Origin: a virus
Lineage: Duplodnaviria > Caudoviricetes
Length of the DNA stretch: 34,282 bases
IMG/VR virus record: IMGVR_UViG_3300032331_002510
Span: 1-34,282 of that record
Strand: one strand, 5' to 3'
Below are positions 19,101 to 24,700 of this stretch, piece by piece; position 1 is the first letter of the stretch; each line of letters begins with the position of its first letter. The position numbers and the translations under genes are program-made. Under the pieces are notes generated by a model that made no database searches, was not told the DNA's origin, and saw only the letters and a program-made list of their open reading frames with translations.

Positions 19101-21219
19101 CGTCAACCATGCGGTTGTACTCATCCCTGGTAATATTGCCTGCTTGCAGGTCGGCCACGGCCTGCTGAAGCTCAGGCGTGCGCTTGAATCGCTCGGCGCT
19201 TGTACCTTCTACGCGACTGGCCGCTGCATTCTTTTGCTCGGCCCTGCTTGGCGGTTCGACTTTGCGGGCAACAATACCCAGGCCAACATCGCGCTCAGTT
19301 GCGTAACGGACTGGATTTTCCAAGGGGTACATGTACTTGACCTGGCCAGGGGCAATGTCAAACTTGGAGCCTTTAGGCACCAGGGTTTGATCGCGGTACT
19401 GGTCGAATTGCTTTTGGGTAGATACCCGGATCGGTTCACCGATGGTCACCGCGCCAATTGCTTTGGCCGGGCCGTCACCTGTGCGCACAATTGACACCCG
19501 TTTTCCGACGTATGGCCGGAGCGAGTCAGACGCCCTAGTCTCAAGTGTCTTTTCCCCGTCAATTATTTTGTCAGCGTACCGGTTTTCTCCGTCCTGGTTG
19601 ACGTTGATACCAGTGCTTTCAGATATAATAGGGGCGGAGGTTCCAATGACATTCGATTTCAAATCCCTTCCGCCCGGCACCATGTTCTTTGACTGGAACG
19701 GTGTACCCGTAACTGTCTCTGCTGGCTGGCGTTCTGCCACAGCCTGGGGACCAGAGCCTTCGCCGCGCAACCCTTCCGATGTACGCGAGAAAGGCGACCC
19801 GGTAGACAAAGCTGAATTCGAGCGCGTGTTCACCGCTTTTGCTGCTCTGCCTTCATACGCGCCTAAGCCTTCGGAGTAAATTTTTCTCTGAAGCTCGACC
19901 ATCTTGGTTTTGACTGGGCTGTCTGGCATCTCGCGTTCAAACGCGTAAATCTCATGGCCCAGGTGCTTGGCAGCCAGCATCTCGGGCGTGCTGATTTGAA
20001 TCTCAGCAACAGTGCCGTCAGGCAGTACGACGTTGGTCAGCACATCCTGGTAACCAGTGGGCAGGGGTTTGCCTTCTAAAGCCGCGCCTTTGTCGTTGAC
20101 CAGGTCAATCGACAATCGGTTTTTAATGCGGTCAAAGTCATACACTTTGCCGATTTTATTAATGGCGTCTTGGGCTTCTTCAAGCGTGTTGACAACAATC
20201 GTGCCGCGCAACAAGTCTTTGATTTCGTCGGTTTTCCAAAATGTTTCAGTGGCTAATTTGGTAACAGCTCGGTACGGCTTTTTGATGCCGGGCTTTTTGG
20301 CGTAACCATTAACTTCTTCACCAATGCGATCCAGGGTCTTATCAAATTCTGGCTTGTTACGTTTTGCCCCGTCGTACAACGGTTGAAGCAATTTCTCGCC
20401 AAGGGCGCGTTCTTTCTTTGTCAGGGGATCAGGCGGCTCGGCCTTCTTGTACTTGGCAATCGCGGCCTCGGCTGCTGCAATGGTCTCAGGCTTGAGCACG
20501 TCCTCCGGGTCCAGCCCTTGCGCACGGCTGAAGCGGATGTCCGGGTTGTTCGCGGCAAACGCGCCGGTGTTGCCGATGGCCGATTTTATTTGGGAGGGGT
20601 TGAACGCATTCCAAGTAAGATTTCCGCCTTCATACGCGCCTATCCCATCAAAGCCGGTAGTTTTTAAGAAATCAATAAAGGTGTCTGAAGCTAAAAATTC
20701 AAACGCGTTGCCTTCGTAATCCGGCTCAAAACCGATGTCACTTGGTTCAAACGTAGTTGCGTTCTCATCATTGATTCGGTTTAGCGCTTCTTCAACTGTT
20801 ACGTCATCCGACAGGTCTATGTCTTCGGGAATTAAAATTGGGTTTTCGATACGAAGAAAAACCGGCATAACCCTGGGGCTAGGACCCCCGGATTTCTCCG
20901 TGTACCCGTTAGCTGTGTATGGATTTTCTCCAAACCAAGAACCAAAATCCATGGTATCAAAGGTAGAAAAATCTTCAGCAGTGTCGGTTCCGTGGTAAAC
21001 CACCAGCGGCTTGCCCTGGCTGTCAACTACCTTGCTGTCACCGAACCATTGCTTAAACGCAGGGGTCTCGGTTTGCCTGGCGCTCAGCGCCACAGGCGCG
21101 CTAGGCAGCAGGTGTTCCAGGCCACCGCTGGCCAGGTAGGCTTTGAACGCGGCTTGGCCCTTGATAACCCGCTCTTTGCCGTCACGGTCGGTGAACCTGT
21201 ACGTGCAATCTTTCGCCAT
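16063..21219 (-). CDS. Large polyvalent virion/ejection protein (ART-like + RelA/SpoT-type synthetase + ASCH + unknown domain + helical C-terminal region)
   Basis: ART-PolyVal-like region (FKQWFGDSK...YHGT...GFDGI...QIKS) at about 20530-21075. Synthetase-like region (IKKPYRAVTK, DLLRGTI, GYQDVLTN, EIQIST, HEIY) at about 19900-20300. ASCH region (YADKIIDGEKTLETR) at about 19270-19610. Confidence 0.85.
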   Translation of the reverse strand: MAKDCTYRFTDRDGKERVIKGQAAFKAYLASGGLEHLLPSAPVALSARQTETPAFKQWFGDSKVVDSQGKPLVVYHGTDTAEDFSTFDTMDFGSWFGENPYTANGYTEKSGGPSPRVMPVFLRIENPILIPEDIDLSDDVTVEEALNRINDENATTFEPSDIGFEPDYEGNAFEFLASDTFIDFLKTTGFDGIGAYEGGNLTWNAFNPSQIKSAIGNTGAFAANNPDIRFSRAQGLDPEDVLKPETIAAAEAAIAKYKKAEPPDPLTKKERALGEKLLQPLYDGAKRNKPEFDKTLDRIGEEVNGYAKKPGIKKPYRAVTKLATETFWKTDEIKDLLRGTIVVNTLEEAQDAINKIGKVYDFDRIKNRLSIDLVNDKGAALEGKPLPTGYQDVLTNVVLPDGTVAEIQISTPEMLAAKHLGHEIYAFEREMPDSPVKTKMVELQRKIYSEGLGAYEGRAAKAVNTRSNSALSTGSPFSRTSEGLRGEGSGPQAVAERQPAETVTGTPFQSKNMVPGGRDLKSNVIGTSAPIISESTGINVNQDGENRYADKIIDGEKTLETRASDSLRPYVGKRVSIVRTGDGPAKAIGAVTIGEPIRVSTQKQFDQYRDQTLVPKGSKFDIAPGQVKYMYPLENPVRYATERDVGLGIVARKVEPPSRAEQKNAAASRVEGTSAERFKRTPELQQAVADLQAGNITRDEYNRMVDESRPVYPYAAVPAVTTPKDARYALANGRGQSAEKAAKYGVPTMTLIKGDWAQLRLDIPSYQEHDTWVVSVHTPKSTNREVQAAYDAGPVVGYESVAALTDVTFGMNQKMAARIATGTAKGTIATMLGKWSPISKADAKARADAALNDPAWTQVGMDPFRHSYFYDRDTMRPVLAADEVIQVGPLVLAKNVTFGQEADITGAPIAFAKRQPVGKETEGWLLSRDELGRFRFGAGAKAYRYAADVANAVLDVVGMKPVSPELSRAMRKMRMEVDKAQNLTVDVAKSMKDLPEQERQMISDVIEGELKRGATPPKRVLEIAASMQDIMSEQSAELVRLGMLSKDAAGRWDGKYLPRFYEQKLGDEAKAWMKAVKGLLGRKQTMQGIKGSSLKARGMFETVPVADLADWEAEGWAVRDATYDPAVDTEITVWRDYTRTERDDMGEIRDAMFRFVMGYNKSQRDIALGRLYENLAATYASKTEQPGYVQVPATNVEDTFAKRYGKLGGKWVPSEILDQLVAFDSDMQNDLTKIYMKGLSMWKEGKTVLNPVAHANNVLSNITMAHFAGVSYWDAHKYIGSIKDLVKGDAMVDEAKEAGLFGGTFNRAELTEAMPEELRVLAQMAESKSKRAVEMVWNGLSLWLRKPLGKAYGAEDEFFRYVIYRDARNNGLSVDDSVDYALKYMFSYDDMPKGARVIRDMPVGLPFFAYTYKVVPALVNTALEHPVRYAAPAVALYVANAAMYAIAASLGGGDDEDWWTIIRRYMTDPEFRQRSKDLEQQERKNLPEWMKGASLALGTEKTIRLGMDDLTNLPVFLDVSRIFPGGDLFDAHNNAGGIPMLAPLTPNSPILTIASAMLFNKDTFRGQDIVKKTDTSAEAAQKRAAWMWKQMTPAIAVGNTHFERAMNVIANVTGQSVNVGLAEYTGIGKDGLPITPGYAALQTVGIKARPIDLDTSEKIQKAQTKALIRELEAQIKQSQRLENKGAISPTTGEAEREKLRQKKQFIRQGLTVEGEEKD
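19646..19879 (+). CDS. Candidate nested antisense gene (77 aa), possible immunity protein
   Basis: TATAAT at 19624-19629, GGAGG at 19636-19640 and ATG at 19646. It occupies the linker after the synthetase domain. Confidence 0.5.
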   Translation: MTFDFKSLPPGTMFFDWNGVPVTVSAGWRSATAWGPEPSPRNPSDVREKGDPVDKAEFERVFTAFAALPSYAPKPSE

Positions 21220-21222
21220 GGC

Positions 21223-21714
21223 TTAACCGCCTAGTTCTTGGTCGATCAAGAGCATGCCAGCCTTGTCTTGGTCGACAAGGTCAATGCGCGCCAGCAGGTC
21301 GCCGTACTCGCCGACACTGGTGCGCTGGATTTCAAGGAATTGCAAAAGGAATTGTTGGACCACCGGATCGTCTGATGTCTCGCTGTACCACTCCTTGTAG
21401 TTGTTGTACAACTCCAGCTCGGTCTCATACCCAGTCTCGATGGCATCGCTGAGGGTCTCGATGGTGTCATTCATCGCCTCAATCATGGGCACCTTGGCCA
21501 CCGTACCTACGTCGTTCTGAAATTCAACGTGGCGCTGGTAATGCTCCAGCTCGTCCGCGCTTTCCTTGAGAAAGAATTTGGTTGCACCAAAGTACCCAAT
21601 TCGCTGGAGCTGATTGGCGATGTGCTTGTACAGGTTGGATGCGTACAGCTCGGAATGGACCGCTTCGTCCAGCATCTTTTTGCAGTCGGCGGAAATGATC
21701 ATTTTGGGTAGCAT
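21223..21714 (-). CDS. Ferritin (FtnA-like four-helix bundle)
   Basis: ELYASNLY, G..KFF..ES.DELEH, YETE and D....QFL..F...Q follow non-heme ferritin spacing. TAAGGA SD precedes ATG 21714. Confidence 0.85.
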   Translation of the reverse strand: MLPKMIISADCKKMLDEAVHSELYASNLYKHIANQLQRIGYFGATKFFLKESADELEHYQRHVEFQNDVGTVAKVPMIEAMNDTIETLSDAIETGYETELELYNNYKEWYSETSDDPVVQQFLLQFLEIQRTSVGEYGDLLARIDLVDQDKAGMLLIDQELGG

Positions 21715-21725
21715 GGCTTGGGTCC

Positions 21726-24700
21726 TTATTTGCAATTGATCTTAACCTTGTCCGCATCCTCAAGCTGGATCAAGATGTCGTTAAAATTTTCCTGGACATA
21801 TTTTATTTGCGCGCCGTCCGGGCGTGCAGTGAATGCAGCCTCGGCGCGTGTCTTGGCCAGGCCGCGTTTGGCCAGGTCTTCAAATATTTTCTTTAGCGGC
21901 TGTTTGACTACTTGGGTTGCATTGAACCGGTCGGTTCTTGCGCCAATGAAGTCTTCCCGTTCTTTTCCTTGGAACGGAACAGCGCCCCCAGTCGGCTTAC
22001 CGCTCGGTCCAGTTGCTCCGGTGTTTGGCTGGCCAGCCACTTGTCGTGCTCGTCCTGGTCCAGATTCGGCTGCTGTGCGTAATTGTTGTCCATCGAAACC
22101 TTCTTTCTGTAGTAGCGATTCTGCCGCACCTGCGTAGTCTTGGCTAGTCACCCGGAGTTTTACGCCCAAGTTTTTGTAGAGTTCTTGCTCTGGATACCAG
22201 ATCAAAGCCTGGAGCGCTGCCGGTGGCACGCGCTTGCCCGTCTGCTCCTCAACCATGACGACCATCTGGCGGACCACGTCACGGATAAGCTGGCGCTCAC
22301 CGCCGCTGCCGGGGGCGTCGGTTGGCTTGTCAGCCGACTTGATGATCGAATCGGCTGCGCCAATTAGGGATGTCTTAATCCGGGTGCCTGAGTCAAACGC
22401 AGCGCGCTCTTTTATGAATTGGCGGTTATGCAGGCTGCTTACCTGGCGGGCCAGGGCGATGGCCCCTTCGTCCGTCTCCATCGCAGCCTGGACGGCAGCC
22501 GGGTCAAACTGGGCAGCGTAAACACCCCTCTCGGCTGGGCCGGTTTCGGCCAGAGCGGCGCGCAGCTTGGCCACTTGCTTGGGAAACAGCACCGAGTCAA
22601 ACGCTGGCAAAGTCCCAGTCAGTCGACCAAGCGTGCGCATGAACCACATGTCCATTGTCACCGGCTCAAAGTTCCCGGCCAGGTTGCTGTAGAAACCAAA
22701 TCCGATCTTTGGCCCAAACACTGCTGACCCCAGCAAGTTTTCGTCCATCGACTCGCCGCCAATTTTGAAGCCGGACATCTCCAGTTCGCGTTTGGTAAAT
22801 GCGGTTTGCAAGAACCGGCCCATGTCATCCGCGCCAAACTCGGCCAACAACTTGTTTGCCAGGGAGAAGTTTTTGGCCATTGCGGGCGCTGACTTGCCGG
22901 TGCCAACTTCGGGAAACTTGCCTGTTTTGCGGAAAGCCTCGTACTGGGCAGACGCATAGCGCAGGTTGTCCTCGACATTCATCGTCTGTGACGAAATAGC
23001 AACAGAGATCAAAAATGCGTTGCGTGCATTTGGGTCGGAGTTCAGCTCGGGGTATTTGACCGCCATGATTCGTAGCGTTTTTGCAACAGTCTCGTCGTAC
23101 CATTCGACCGCGTTGCCTGCGCTGCGGATTGCCGCCACGGCCTCAGAAGCCATTAGTTTGGCCAGGGTGGTGCGGTCGCCAGCCTTCTTGATATTCAAAA
23201 CCGGCAGGCCAGAGGCCATACGTCTATTGGTCAACCATTGCACAACCTCGGGGATACCGCCGACTTTGGGCGTTTTGAACGTGTTGTCCCCGGTCTTGCC
23301 GGTCATCAGGGGCAGCATGCTGGCGTTGTATTCGGCAGCGGACATCTTGAGCTTGTCGGCCACGTCTTGGTACACGCCAGTGTCTTTCACCTCCGGCGCT
23401 GGTGGGCCAACCACTTCTTTTTTGCTAAAACGTATTTCGCTGCCGATGCGCTCCATCTCGGTGTTGGCCGCTTCCACTTGGCCCGCTGGAATCTCCAGGG
23501 TGCCCATGCGCATGCGCGAACCGGGGATGTTGCCGGTGTCGACCTGGCTGGCCTCGCGTGTCAGCAGGCCCTTCTTGAGGGTGGTAGGCGCGGCCTCGGC
23601 TGGCAGGGCTGCGGCCTGGGGCTGGCCGATCTGCTTGACAGGCACGGCCTTGTGTTTCTGGCCCAGCAGCACCACGGCTGATTGGCCATTACCAAACGGC
23701 GCGATGTAACCGTCAAACCCTGCATTGATGACCGCTGACTCGAACGCGTTTGCGTCGGCCTGCGGTTTGATCAGTCGAGTCTGTGGGTCGTAGATGTTGT
23801 CCAGCTTGGTTTCGTGTGCGTATCCGCCGACCCCGGATTCGGGGCGAATACCTGCGCCTTGGTCAACATAGAAGTAGACGCGGTTTTTAAGTCGAGGATC
23901 AGTGCTACTGTCCAGGCGAGTACGTTCTGCCCCTTTGAGTCCTTGTCCATAGTAGGCTCCACTTAGCGTCTGACGGGGAGTCGTTGAGTAGTGTCTGCCG
24001 ACAACGGAGATTGCGCCTGCTCTTGCGGTGCCGTAGCTTGGGGTCGGACCGCCCCCATCTTCGCTAAAGCCTGGTCGATCCTGCGCTGTTGGTCCTGGTA
24101 GGTTTTCACTTCCTGCTGCGGTAACGGTCGGTGCATTGATCTCTCCTTGCCGCAAGCTGGCGGCGGGTGCTGATTCAAACTGCTGAAGCGTTCCTTGGCG
24201 GTATGCGATCAGCGCTTCGCGTGCCACCATCTTAGCCTTGGCCAGGTCACGCACGTACTGATCAACTTTAGCAGATTCGGTTTCCCCTTGTGTGGGTTTA
24301 CCGCGCAAAGTGGACATCAGGTTGTCGATGACGCTTACCCACTTTTGCACAAAGCCTTTGAATCCGCCCGGATCAGCCTGGGCTACATCCGCCCAGAATG
24401 CTTTATCTGTGGCGCGGTTGCCCATGAAGTCGGCGGTCATCTCTGATCGCAAAAGCGGCGATTGCAGTAACTCTTGGATGCGACTTTCTTTTATGTCGGG
24501 CGTGGAGTCAAGAGCGGCCAGCTCTGCGGCATGCAGGAAGTTGGTGACGTAGGCGCGCTTACCCTCTTCGGTCATGTCGTCGAAGATGCTGTCGATCTGG
24601 GCCGTGAATTTCTGAGCTGACGTGTCGGTCAAACCAGCTTGCCGCTCGGTAAACGCGATCTGCTCAATCGTGTGCTTTAGCTCATGCAAAGACACCTTGC

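Noticed and set aside
23771-23962. 63-aa ORF following the nested 57-aa ORF in the same frame
   Set aside because: It overlaps the conserved ART-like core rather than a linker, and its start context is weak.
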